From the NCBI GenBank assembly GCA_902492505.1, contig CABULU010000002.1, positions 18,908 through 82,907 of the forward strand: a stretch of DNA of 64,000 nt, written 5' to 3'. Of the stretch, positions 50,695 to 58,698 are shown piece by piece. A program made the translations under genes and the position numbers. This DNA is from an uncultured Eubacteriales bacterium (GTDB lineage Bacteria > Bacillota > Clostridia > Oscillospirales > QAKW01). Under the pieces are notes generated by a model. The model saw nothing but the letters and a program-made list of their open reading frames with translations, ran no database searches and was not told the DNA's origin. Each line of letters starts with the position of its first letter. The stretch's first letter is position 1.

Positions 50695-52075
50695 TTTTGC
50701 CGCTTTCGATTAACCCTTTTGTTTTATAAACCGCCTGACTAAGTGATGATACACGGATAACATCTATACCGTTAAAATTCTTTGACAGCTTATTGCGGGA
50801 GGGTATCATAATATGTTTAAATCCGAGTCGCTGTGCTTCGCTTATACGCTGTTCGATATACGATACGGCGCGAATTTCCCCCGACAGCCCAACTTCCCCT
50901 ACAGCAATAAAATCAGACGGCATTTCAAAATCGGCAAGCGCAGACGCTGTGGCAAGTGTTATTGCAAGGTCTGCGCTGTTGTCTGTAAGTCTAAAGCCTC
51001 CGACTACATTAACATATGCATCCATTGAAAACAGAGAGTAATTTGCCCTTTTTTCCAAAACGGCAAGCAAAAGGGACATGCGGTTGTAATCCACGCCTGA
51101 AGCCATTCTTCTCGGCGCAGGATAGCTTGTTTTGGTAACCAGTGCCTGAACTTCCGCCAAAATTGCGCGCGTACCCTCCATAACGCAGGTTACACAGGTA
51201 CCCGGAACATTTTCCGGTCTTCCGTCTAAAAACATTTTTGACGGATTATCGATTTCAGCAAGACCTGTTGACTGCATGTCAAAAACCGCAATTTCATTTG
51301 TAGAACCAAACCGATTTTTGATACTTCTCAGAACACGAAAGCTGAGACTTTTATCGCCCTCAAAATATAGTACCGTATCCACCATATGCTCAAGCACCTT
51401 GGGACCGGCAAGCGAGCCCTCCTTTGTAACATGACCGATAACAAATACGGTAATTCCGTTTTCCTTGGCAAGACGCATAAGATGAGCCGTTGCCTCTTTA
51501 ATCTGCGAAACGCTTCCAGCACCTGAGCTGACCGAGCTGCAAAACATTGTCTGTATAGAGTCTACAATAAGAATATCCGGCGGAGACGATGTGCAGAGAT
51601 TTACTATACTTTCAATATTTGTCTCAGACAGCAGCATAAGATTATCACTTTTGACTCCGAGCCTGTCCGCGCGAAGTTTTATTTGACTTTTAGACTCTTC
51701 TCCGGAAACATAATAGCAAGTTTTCTCCTTGCAAAAACTATTGCAAATTTGCAGTAAAAGAGTAGATTTACCTATTCCCGGGTCTCCTCCGACAAGAATA
51801 AGCGAACCGAGAACCACACCGCCGCCGAGCACACGGTCAAGCTCCCTCATACCTGTAGAAAATCGTATTTCCGCAGATATGTCTACCGATGTTATAGGTA
51901 CAGGCTTAATATTCGTGGTCAAAGAATCGGATGATGCAGGCTTGCCGCCGGAGGCTATAACAGTCTGCTCCTCGTATGTATTCCATTCACCGCAGGCATA
52001 GCACTTTCCCATCCATTTAGGGCTTTCGTTACCGCAGTTTGAACAGACAAAAACTGTTTTTGATTTATTAGGCAT
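50684..52075 (-). CDS. radA: DNA repair protein RadA
   Basis: Start refined to the ATG (MPNKSK) with GGAAGTG upstream. Zn ribbon 'CSNCGNESPKWMGKCYACGEW', 'GDPGIGKSTLLLQ', 'KNRFG', Lon-like C-terminus. Confidence 0.93.
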   Translation of the reverse strand: MPNKSKTVFVCSNCGNESPKWMGKCYACGEWNTYEEQTVIASGGKPASSDSLTTNIKPVPITSVDISAEIRFSTGMRELDRVLGGGVVLGSLILVGGDPGIGKSTLLLQICNSFCKEKTCYYVSGEESKSQIKLRADRLGVKSDNLMLLSETNIESIVNLCTSSPPDILIVDSIQTMFCSSVSSGAGSVSQIKEATAHLMRLAKENGITVFVIGHVTKEGSLAGPKVLEHMVDTVLYFEGDKSLSFRVLRSIKNRFGSTNEIAVFDMQSTGLAEIDNPSKMFLDGRPENVPGTCVTCVMEGTRAILAEVQALVTKTSYPAPRRMASGVDYNRMSLLLAVLEKRANYSLFSMDAYVNVVGGFRLTDNSADLAITLATASALADFEMPSDFIAVGEVGLSGEIRAVSYIEQRISEAQRLGFKHIMIPSRNKLSKNFNGIDVIRVSSLSQAVYKTKGLIESGKNDS

Positions 52076-52808
52076 TTGTATCACTTCCGGATAATTTATA
52101 TGTTATTACTTCTGCAATGGCTTTTGCTATACCGTTTTGGAATTCCGGGTCTTTCAGCTTTGCAAGATCGTCGCTGTTGGTGAGAAAACCGCATTCGGCA
52201 AGAACACAATTATTGTCAATGTGACTAAATAAATATACGTTGGCAGGTATAGGTTTCGATACTTTAGTATTTTCAGGCTGATATTTCAGATTAATTATGT
52301 TTTGAATTTCCATGGCAATATTTTTGGAAATATCACTGCCAGATTTATAAAAAACCTGAGCGCCGTGAACGTCAGATGTGGTATAGGTATTCATATGTAT
52401 GCTTATAATAAACGCATCAGAATTGTTTCTTGCTATTTCAACTCGTCTTTTTATATCGGATACTTTTTTTGCATGTATGGTATTTCCGTCTGTAAAAATG
52501 CTGTTTTCATCAGACCGCATCATTAGGCAATCAAATCCGACGGCGTTCAGTTTTTCATAAACGAGCTTTGCAATTGCAAGATTGAGATCAGATTCAATTG
52601 TACCATCCGCCGCAACAGCCCCACCGTCCGGCAGACCGTGCCCCGCGTCTATTATTATTTTCTGCTTACCAACAGAAAACACAGGCTTATCTGTAAAACC
52701 GCCTATATACAAAACTGTGCATATTACAATACATATGGATAAAAGTAAAGTTATTTTCAAAGCCGTAAATGTTTTATTCAAGTATATCACCCAATAAACA
52801 ATATTCAC
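52068..52808 (-). CDS. N-acetylmuramoyl-L-alanine amidase (Amidase_3; CwlD-like)
   Basis: 246 aa. Signal anchor, 'IIIDAGHGLPDGGAV', 'ISIHMN', 'AECGFLTN'. Confidence 0.8.
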   Translation of the reverse strand: MNIVYWVIYLNKTFTALKITLLLSICIVICTVLYIGGFTDKPVFSVGKQKIIIDAGHGLPDGGAVAADGTIESDLNLAIAKLVYEKLNAVGFDCLMMRSDENSIFTDGNTIHAKKVSDIKRRVEIARNNSDAFIISIHMNTYTTSDVHGAQVFYKSGSDISKNIAMEIQNIINLKYQPENTKVSKPIPANVYLFSHIDNNCVLAECGFLTNSDDLAKLKDPEFQNGIAKAIAEVITYKLSGSDTNA

Positions 52809-52831
52809 GGCATAGAAAAATTATTTAGGTT

Positions 52832-53368
52832 TTATTTAGACGGTTTAATTTTTAGAGCTTTATAGATTTTATCGCTGATAACAAAATTTTTATATCCCGC
52901 AATATAGCCAATCATAGGAAATACAATAAGTCCCACAAGCGAAGAAAGCAGCACTTCAAGTGTATGATTTGGAAATATATTGCACATCGGCCAGTTATAG
53001 TACATAGCTATTGCACGAGCGTACAATTTTGCGCTTTGAGATATAATTACATTATCGTAACATGCGACATACACAATAATGAGAATCAACATAGGAACAG
53101 CAGAAATAAGTCCTGCAAGCGCACCCTTGAACAAAAAGCTTTTGCTGTTAGGGGCATTGCGCCGGTTACTGTCATGAAAGCCGTGGTAAAATGCGCAACG
53201 GTATTCAATATATATAAAAAACGGATAAGCGAACAGCAAAAAGATAACATGAGCCATAATGGTGTCACCCGCAAGAAAATACGCAAACAGTATACACATT
53301 GCCCCGCCGATTGATGCTAAGAACTGGTTACCTATCAGTGAGAGACTGAGTTTAAGAATTTTTTTCAT
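52832..53368 (-). CDS. Polytopic membrane protein of unknown function
   Basis: Start refined to the ATG (MKKILKLSL) one nt after the hslO stop codon. 178 aa, about 5 TM helices. The longer ORF-track version overlaps hslO and is rejected. Confidence 0.4.
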   Translation of the reverse strand: MKKILKLSLSLIGNQFLASIGGAMCILFAYFLAGDTIMAHVIFLLFAYPFFIYIEYRCAFYHGFHDSNRRNAPNSKSFLFKGALAGLISAVPMLILIIVYVACYDNVIISQSAKLYARAIAMYYNWPMCNIFPNHTLEVLLSSLVGLIVFPMIGYIAGYKNFVISDKIYKALKIKPSK

Positions 53369-53369
53369 A

Positions 53370-54248
53370 TTACTTTCCCTTCGCGGATATAAGCAGTGTT
53401 TCAAGCTGCGTTTTATCAAACATATATTTTTTCTTGCAAAAATGACAGCAAAGTTCAGCTTTCCCATCTTCCTCAATGATTTTTTCAAGCTCGTCCCGAC
53501 CGAGTGATATAAGAGCTTTTCCCATTCTTTCTTTACTGCAATTACACTTATATTTGGGGGTAATAATTTCGTGTATATCAAAGTCAAAACCGAGCAAAAG
53601 CTCATAAGCCATACGCTCAACGTCCATCCCCTGCGAAAGCATTTCAGTAACGCTCTGAAGCGTATATACATTTGCCTCCAGCTTGGATATTATTTCATCG
53701 TCCGCACCCGGGAGCAGCTGAATTATATACCCTCCCGCAGCTTTTATGCTATAATCAACATCAACGAGCACACCCAAAGCCACAACCGAGGGAGTTTGCT
53801 GTGAATTCATAAAATAGTATGCGATATCCTCGGCAATTTCGCCTGTTTGAAGTTCAACTCTGCCGATATAAGGCGCTTTCATGTGCAAACTGCGCACAAC
53901 TGTTAAGTGTCCGCAGCCCACCGCCTTTGAAACGTCTAATTTTCCGTTTTTGAGCGGAAGATCAACAATGGGGTTTTCTATATATCCGCGCACGTTGCCG
54001 CAGCAGTCTGCAACCGTTACAACCGCACCGATAGGTCCGTCTCCGTCTATTTGTATAGATATCGTCTCCGATTGATTTTTGAGATCCAGTCCCATAATTG
54101 ACGCAGCTGTTAACGTTCTGCCCATTGCAGCCGCCGCAACAGGAGATAAACCATGAATTGCGGCGGCATGATTTACAATGACCGTTGTTTCGGCAACAAA
54201 TGCACGAAAAGCACCGTTTTTTTCAGTAATTCGTAAAATTCTATCCAT
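53370..54248 (-). CDS. hslO: Redox-regulated chaperone Hsp33
   Basis: Start refined to the ATG (MDRILRIT). 'RAFVAETT', zinc centre 'CNCSKERM...CHFCKKKY'. Confidence 0.92.
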   Translation of the reverse strand: MDRILRITEKNGAFRAFVAETTVIVNHAAAIHGLSPVAAAAMGRTLTAASIMGLDLKNQSETISIQIDGDGPIGAVVTVADCCGNVRGYIENPIVDLPLKNGKLDVSKAVGCGHLTVVRSLHMKAPYIGRVELQTGEIAEDIAYYFMNSQQTPSVVALGVLVDVDYSIKAAGGYIIQLLPGADDEIISKLEANVYTLQSVTEMLSQGMDVERMAYELLLGFDFDIHEIITPKYKCNCSKERMGKALISLGRDELEKIIEEDGKAELCCHFCKKKYMFDKTQLETLLISAKGK

Positions 54249-54312
54249 GCAAGACTCCGTAAATTTATTTATAATATTATATCGCACTTTGCTCGTAAAA
54301 GCAATATAGAGG

Positions 54313-54348
54313 AAAACAAAAAAGCTCTTGATTATTTTCAAGAGCTTT
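54313..54348 (-). terminator. Rho-independent terminator ending the tRNA cluster
   Basis: On the - strand: AAAGCTCTTGA-aaataa-TCAAGAGCTTT followed by TTTGTTTT. Preceded by a second 12-bp hairpin (54351-54378) that abuts the tRNA-Cys CCA. Confidence 0.7.
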
Positions 54349-54378
54349 AAATAATTGTTCCGCATTTCGGAACAATTA

Positions 54379-54453
54379 TGGAGGTGCCACCCGGATTTGA
54401 ACCGGGGAATAAAGGTTTTGCAGACCTTGGCCTTACCACTTGGCTATGGCACC
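54379..54453 (-). tRNA. tRNA-Cys (GCA), CCA encoded
   Basis: Acceptor GGTGCCA/TGGCACC, anticodon arm AAGGT-CTGCAAA-ACCTT, T-arm CCCGG-TTCAAAT-CCGGG. Confidence 0.93.
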
Positions 54454-54456
54454 GTA

Positions 54457-54490
54457 TAAAAAAGACAAAAACAAGCAAATGTTTTTGTCT
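54457..54490 (-). terminator. Terminator-like hairpin between tRNA-Phe and tRNA-Cys
   Basis: On the - strand: AGACAAAAACA-tttgct-TGTTTTTGTCT (11 bp, perfect) followed by TTTTT, 4 nt before the tRNA-Cys 5' end. Confidence 0.55.
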
Positions 54491-54493
54491 CGG

Positions 54494-54569
54494 TGGTGCC
54501 TCCGGGCGGAATCGAACCACCGACACGGGGATTTTCAGTCCCCTGCTCTACCGACTGAGCTACAGAGGC
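54494..54569 (-). tRNA. tRNA-Phe (GAA), CCA encoded
   Basis: GCCTCTGTAGCTCAGTCGGTAGAGCAGGGGACTGAAAATCCCCGTGTCGGTGGTTCGATTCCGCCCGGAGGCACCA folds as a canonical cloverleaf. Confidence 0.95.
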
Positions 54570-54575
54570 AAAAAT

Positions 54576-54652
54576 TGGCGACCCGGAACGGGTTCGAACC
54601 GTCGACCTCTAGCGTGACAGGCTAGCGTTCTAACCAACTGAACTACCGGGCC
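54576..54652 (-). tRNA. tRNA-Asp (GTC), CCA encoded
   Basis: GGCCCGGTAGTTCAGTTGGTTAGAACGCTAGCCTGTCACGCTAGAGGTCGACGGTTCGAACCCGTTCCGGGTCGCCA folds as a canonical cloverleaf. Confidence 0.95.
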
Positions 54653-54718
54653 ATTTATAACGGCAACGTGATTAGTTTACTATAAAAGCATATCAAAGTC
54701 AATAGTTTTTTTAAAATT

Positions 54719-55459
54719 CTATTTATTTATTTTCATTACATAAGTAATTCTTTCGGTATGCTCCGTAACAACTTTTGAGGTATAGTTATCGCAGATTTGA
54801 AGGATTTCGAAAGAATACTCCTTTGCAATATTTTGGATATATTCATTACTGTAAAAACGCTGTTCCTGAAAGCTGTCAAATCGTTCAAAATTACCATCCT
54901 TATTTCTTTCAAAATATGTTAGTTCATGAAAACACTTACCGCTTTTCTGTTCGTAGTCAGATTGCCAGCAACAGAAAATGTCATCAAAATCATAAATAAA
55001 TTTTCCGTCGGCTAAAGTGCTCTTAAATTTATATTCAGAATTAATATCAAAAATGAAAAGTCCGCCGTAATTAAGATAATTTTTTACAAGATAGAAAAGT
55101 CCGCGCAGCTCTTTCTTATACAATATATAGTTCAGCGTATCCAATGTTGAATAGATTACATCTACGGTGCCGTACAACTCGAAATTGGTTATATTTTGAT
55201 TCAACAGCAAAACGCTGTCTATTCCGAGTGAAGATAATTTTTCCCTGGCCTGCATAAGCATATTTTCACTTTCATCAATCCCAATCATATCGTAGCCCAG
55301 TTTTGCAAGACGAGATATAATACACGCAGTCCCGCAGCCAAGGTCGCATATTAGCTGTGAATCATTTTTATATTGCTTTACAGCTTTATCAATAAACTTT
55401 GAAATCAGATCATAATCTGCACCGACAAATTTATCGTAATATTTTGAAAATAAATCCAT
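54719..55459 (-). CDS. Class I SAM-dependent methyltransferase
   Basis: 246 aa. Motif I 'ICDLGCGTAC', 'GIDESENML'. Confidence 0.75.
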   Translation of the reverse strand: MDLFSKYYDKFVGADYDLISKFIDKAVKQYKNDSQLICDLGCGTACIISRLAKLGYDMIGIDESENMLMQAREKLSSLGIDSVLLLNQNITNFELYGTVDVIYSTLDTLNYILYKKELRGLFYLVKNYLNYGGLFIFDINSEYKFKSTLADGKFIYDFDDIFCCWQSDYEQKSGKCFHELTYFERNKDGNFERFDSFQEQRFYSNEYIQNIAKEYSFEILQICDNYTSKVVTEHTERITYVMKINK

Positions 55460-55460
55460 T

Positions 55461-55961
55461 TTAACCCCTGTAACCCATTAGACGTCTACTAATCATATTA
55501 GATATACCTCCGGTTAAAAGCCCTGTAAAAATCGATATAAAAAGCATTACCGGCAGATATTCAAATATATATTTACTGCCGAGCATAACGGCTGCTGCTG
55601 CAATTTGGCCTATATTATGAAGCGCCGCACCGAAAACGCTGATTCCGTAAAGCGAAAATATTTTGTTAAACTTGATTAACAAGCTCATACCGCAAAGAGC
55701 CAAAAAACCGCCGGAAAGAGAAAACACAAGCGATGTTATGCCGGAAAAGAATACTGCCGTGACTGAACTTTTTATCAGTAAAACGGAAAATGCGCTAAAA
55801 AAACCATATTTTAAAAGCACAAATAAAATAATGCAATTCGAAAGTCCGAGTTTTATGCCGGGAAGCGGCACTAACGCTTGTAAAGGTATAAGCCTTTCCA
55901 GTGATGAGACGACTATCGCAACAGCCGAAAAAACACCGCATTTGGCAATCTTCTCTGTCAT
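55461..55961 (-). CDS. Gx transporter family membrane protein (PF07456-type)
   Basis: 166 aa. 'LERLIPLQALVPLPGIKLGLSN' and 'HNIGQI'. Usual partner of NusG_II-domain proteins. Confidence 0.6.
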   Translation of the reverse strand: MTEKIAKCGVFSAVAIVVSSLERLIPLQALVPLPGIKLGLSNCIILFVLLKYGFFSAFSVLLIKSSVTAVFFSGITSLVFSLSGGFLALCGMSLLIKFNKIFSLYGISVFGAALHNIGQIAAAAVMLGSKYIFEYLPVMLFISIFTGLLTGGISNMISRRLMGYRG

Positions 55962-56297
55962 TTTGATATCACATCCGTTTCATGCTTTTTGGACACAACG
56001 GAAAGCAGCACTTTATTTGGTAAACAGCAAATTGTTTCTCCGGACTTTGATATTTTTTTGCTGTGAACACAAACCTTATCAGGGCAATTTGATTCTGATA
56101 TAAAAGCGTATCCGTTTTCAATAACAAGCTTGTTATCAAATAAACCGTGAAATATATATTCTGTATTTTTATCAAGGTCAAACACGGCAACTTCTTTTCC
56201 GTTACAGGTCACCGCTGCTTTTTTTAGGAACAATCATTATCATTGCAGCTAAAAGTATGGCCGAGATTATTATTAAATCACCGATTTTAAGTTTCAT
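55958..56297 (-). pseudogene. NusG domain II-containing protein; frame broken (+1) in an A7 run (T7 on + at 56219-56225)
   Basis: ATG 56295-56297 overlaps the obg TAA by 1 nt and encodes the TM anchor 'MKLKIGDLIIIISAILLAAMIMIVPKK', then stops. The +1 frame continues 'AAVTCNGKEVAVFDL...CPDKVCVH'. With A6 instead of A7 the gene is an intact 112 aa. Confidence 0.6.
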
Positions 56298-57574
56298 TAT
56301 TTTACAAAATCAAACTCAAAATCATAAATACTGACAGTATCGCCTTCTTCTATTCCCATTTCCTCAAGCTTGTCAATAATACCGCTTGTACGCAAAACAC
56401 GCTGAAAATAATTCATTGCCTCATAATCGTTATAGTTTATTTTTGACATAAGTTTAGCCAGCCACTGAGCTTCTACATAGTAGATACCGTCATGTACATA
56501 AACACTGAATTCTCTCGAGGATTTGTCTTGCTCCTGAATTACTTCCGCTTCTATTTCAGGTTCATATACAAGAGTGTCAGGCAATGTGTCAAGTTCTTTG
56601 ACAACTTTAGCGATTACATCAGCAATCCCCTGCTTTGATGCGGCGGAAATCAAATAAAACGAATATCCCTTATCTTCCACGTAAGCTTTAAATCTTGAAA
56701 TAATTGTTTCATCACTCACTATATCGGCTTTATTACCGACAACTACTTGCATAAGTCCCGACAAACGTGAGGAATATTTTTGCAGTTCTTTATTAATTGC
56801 GTCAAAATCCTCTATCGGGTCTCTGCCCTCACTTCCTGATATGTCTACCATATGAATAAGCAATCTGCATCTGTCTACATGGCGCAAAAAAGACGTGCCG
56901 AGTCCAACACCGTCGGCGGCACCTTCTATAAGTCCCGGAATATCGGCAAGAACAAAACTTTTATCTTCGAAAGCTTGGACAACACCAAGATTAGGAACAA
57001 GCGTGGTAAAATGATAATTCGCGATTTTAGGCTTGGCAGAGGATACAACAGATAAAAAGGTTGATTTGCCTACATTCGGGAATCCTACTAACCCGACATC
57101 GGCAATCAGTTTGAGTTCCAGCTGAATTTCGCGCTCTTCACCAGGTAAACCGGGCTTTGAAAAACGAGGAATCTGCCGTGTAGGAGTAGCAAAGTGCTGA
57201 TTACCCCAGCCGCCGCTTCCGCCTTTTGCAGCAACAAAACGCTCCCCATCAGACATATCTTTTATAATTAACCCTGTTGCTGCGTCTTTTATGAGTGTTC
57301 CGCGTGGGACCTTTATTATAAGATCCGGCGCATTTGCACCGGAGCAGTTGTTTTTACCGCCGTTTTCACCGTTTGCTGCGACATATTTACGCTTATATCT
57401 AAAGTCCATAAGCGTATTCATGTTGCTGTCCGAGACAAAAACAATACTTCCGCCTTTTCCTCCGTCGCCGCCGTCCGGTCCGCCCGCCGCTACATATTTT
57501 TCACGATGAAAAGCGACCGCACCGTCGCCGCCGTCCCCTGCTTTAATATAAATTTTAGCGATATCTATAAACAA
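56297..57574 (-). CDS. obg: GTPase Obg
   Basis: Start refined to TTG (MFIDIAKIYIKAGDGGDG) with AGGAG upstream. G1 'GFPNVGKST', 'DIPGLIEGA', C-terminal OCT domain. Confidence 0.95.
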   Translation of the reverse strand: MFIDIAKIYIKAGDGGDGAVAFHREKYVAAGGPDGGDGGKGGSIVFVSDSNMNTLMDFRYKRKYVAANGENGGKNNCSGANAPDLIIKVPRGTLIKDAATGLIIKDMSDGERFVAAKGGSGGWGNQHFATPTRQIPRFSKPGLPGEEREIQLELKLIADVGLVGFPNVGKSTFLSVVSSAKPKIANYHFTTLVPNLGVVQAFEDKSFVLADIPGLIEGAADGVGLGTSFLRHVDRCRLLIHMVDISGSEGRDPIEDFDAINKELQKYSSRLSGLMQVVVGNKADIVSDETIISRFKAYVEDKGYSFYLISAASKQGIADVIAKVVKELDTLPDTLVYEPEIEAEVIQEQDKSSREFSVYVHDGIYYVEAQWLAKLMSKINYNDYEAMNYFQRVLRTSGIIDKLEEMGIEEGDTVSIYDFEFDFVK

Positions 57575-57587
57575 TTTAATACTCCTA

Positions 57588-57615
57588 TAAAAAAGCCCCG
57601 GAAACATCCGGGGCT
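57588..57615 (-). terminator. Terminator/attenuator between rpmA and obg
   Basis: On the - strand: AGCCCCGG-atgttt-CCGGGGCT followed by TTTTT. Confidence 0.6.
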
Positions 57616-57621
57616 GATTAA

Positions 57622-57906
57622 TTACTGTTCTACTGAATAAACTGAAACTTTCTTTCTGTCTTTGCCCATGCGCTCAAATTTGACTTTACCGTCAACCAGC
57701 GCAAAAAGCGAGTCATTTGAGCCACGACCCACATTAGTGCCGGGATGTATCTTTGTTCCCCTTTGTGTAACAAGAATATTTCCCGCAAGAACAAACTGAC
57801 CGTCTGCTCTTTTAACACCAAGACGCTTTGACTCTGAGTCTCTTCCGTTCTTGGTAGAACCCATTCCTTTTTTATGTGCAAAGAATTGAATATTAAACTT
57901 AATCAT
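57622..57906 (-). CDS. rpmA: 50S ribosomal protein L27 with N-terminal propeptide
   Basis: '[10 protein letters not shown]|[22 protein letters not shown]'. The QFFA extension is the Prp cleavage substrate type. Confidence 0.96.
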   Translation of the reverse strand: MIKFNIQFFAHKKGMGSTKNGRDSESKRLGVKRADGQFVLAGNILVTQRGTKIHPGTNVGRGSNDSLFALVDGKVKFERMGKDRKKVSVYSVEQ

Positions 57907-57909
57907 TGT

Positions 57910-58230
57910 CTACACCTCCGTAAATTCATAATTAAAATAATCCGGATACTGCTGCGCCATACTATCAGCAAAACCGGCAAGCACTGCCAGCTGCTTATCA
58001 GCATCTTTAAGCGGCACCCGACAGCGTAAAATTATTTCGGCGCTGTTTTCATTGACAACAAGCTCTGTATCATCCTTACAAAATCTTGTAAGAAATTCAG
58101 CGGAAAGCTGAACAGCGGCAGAAACCGCCGCACATACGATATCCTCACCGGCAGCTGCATAGCCTGAATGACCCCTGCAGCAAAAGCCGAGATAATGACC
58201 GTTGTCTTTGAAAAATGTAAGTTGAGTCAT
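57910..58230 (-). CDS. prp: Ribosomal-processing cysteine protease Prp
   Basis: 106 aa. 'CRGHSGYAAAGEDIVCAAVSA'. Sits between rplU and rpmA. Confidence 0.88.
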   Translation of the reverse strand: MTQLTFFKDNGHYLGFCCRGHSGYAAAGEDIVCAAVSAAVQLSAEFLTRFCKDDTELVVNENSAEIILRCRVPLKDADKQLAVLAGFADSMAQQYPDYFNYEFTEV

Positions 58231-58235
58231 CTATC

Positions 58236-58547
58236 TTACGAGTTGATAGCAGTGATCTGTACCTTTGTATAGGGCTGTCTGTGACCCTGCTTTCTTCTGT
58301 AATTCTTTTTAGGTTTCATTTTGTAAACGATGATTTTCTTTGCTTTGCCGGTTTTGACAACGTTTGCTTCTACAGTTGCACCGTCTACATAAGGAGCACC
58401 GACTTTGATACCGTCATCGGCACCGACTGCAACAACCTTGTCGAAAACGAATTTAGAATCGTTTTCTGCATTGATTTTTTCAATAAAAATGACGTCACCG
58501 TCCTGCACCTTGTACTGCTTACCGCCTGTTTCAATAATTGCGTACAT
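58236..58547 (-). CDS. rplU: 50S ribosomal protein L21
   Basis: Start refined to the ATG ([14 protein letters not shown]). 103 aa. Confidence 0.96.
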   Translation of the reverse strand: MYAIIETGGKQYKVQDGDVIFIEKINAENDSKFVFDKVVAVGADDGIKVGAPYVDGATVEANVVKTGKAKKIIVYKMKPKKNYRRKQGHRQPYTKVQITAINS

Positions 58548-58562
58548 TACAAAGCACCTCAC

Positions 58563-58632
58563 TTTCTTTAAGAAAACTCGCTACGGCGGGTAACTTTACG
58601 TTTTTATAACCCGACATATGCGGCCGAGAATA
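58563..58632 (-). promoter_or_regulatory. Structured 5' leader of the rplU operon (possible L21 ribosomal-protein leader/attenuator)
   Basis: On the - strand: CTCGGC...GGGT-loop-ACCC-GCCG..CGAG, an imperfect hairpin, followed by TTTTCTT and then the SD GTGAGG. Identity with the Rfam L21 leader is not verified. Confidence 0.3.
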
Positions 58633-58662
58633 ATTATAGCATATAGCCGTAATATAAGTCAA
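58633..58662 (-). promoter_or_regulatory. Putative sigma-A promoter for rplU-prp-rpmA
   Basis: On the - strand: TTGACT, 18 nt, TGcTATAAT (extended -10). Confidence 0.5.
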
Positions 58663-58698
58663 TATTTTTTTACAAAAAGACAATTTATATTTATCTGA

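Noticed and set aside
53369-53671. N-terminal 101-aa extension of the 279-aa ORF 52832..53671
   Set aside because: It overlaps the 3' end of hslO in another frame. An internal ATG one nt after the hslO stop codon gives a sensible 178-aa membrane protein.
54378-54625. ORFs 54378..54617 (+) and 54440..54625 (+)
   Set aside because: They are translations across the antisense of tRNA-Cys, tRNA-Phe and tRNA-Asp, so they are spurious.
57622-58547. rplU-prp-rpmA with the L27 propeptide as a candidate novel system
   Set aside because: This is the well-described Prp/L27 N-terminal processing system of Firmicutes, so it is recorded only as annotation.
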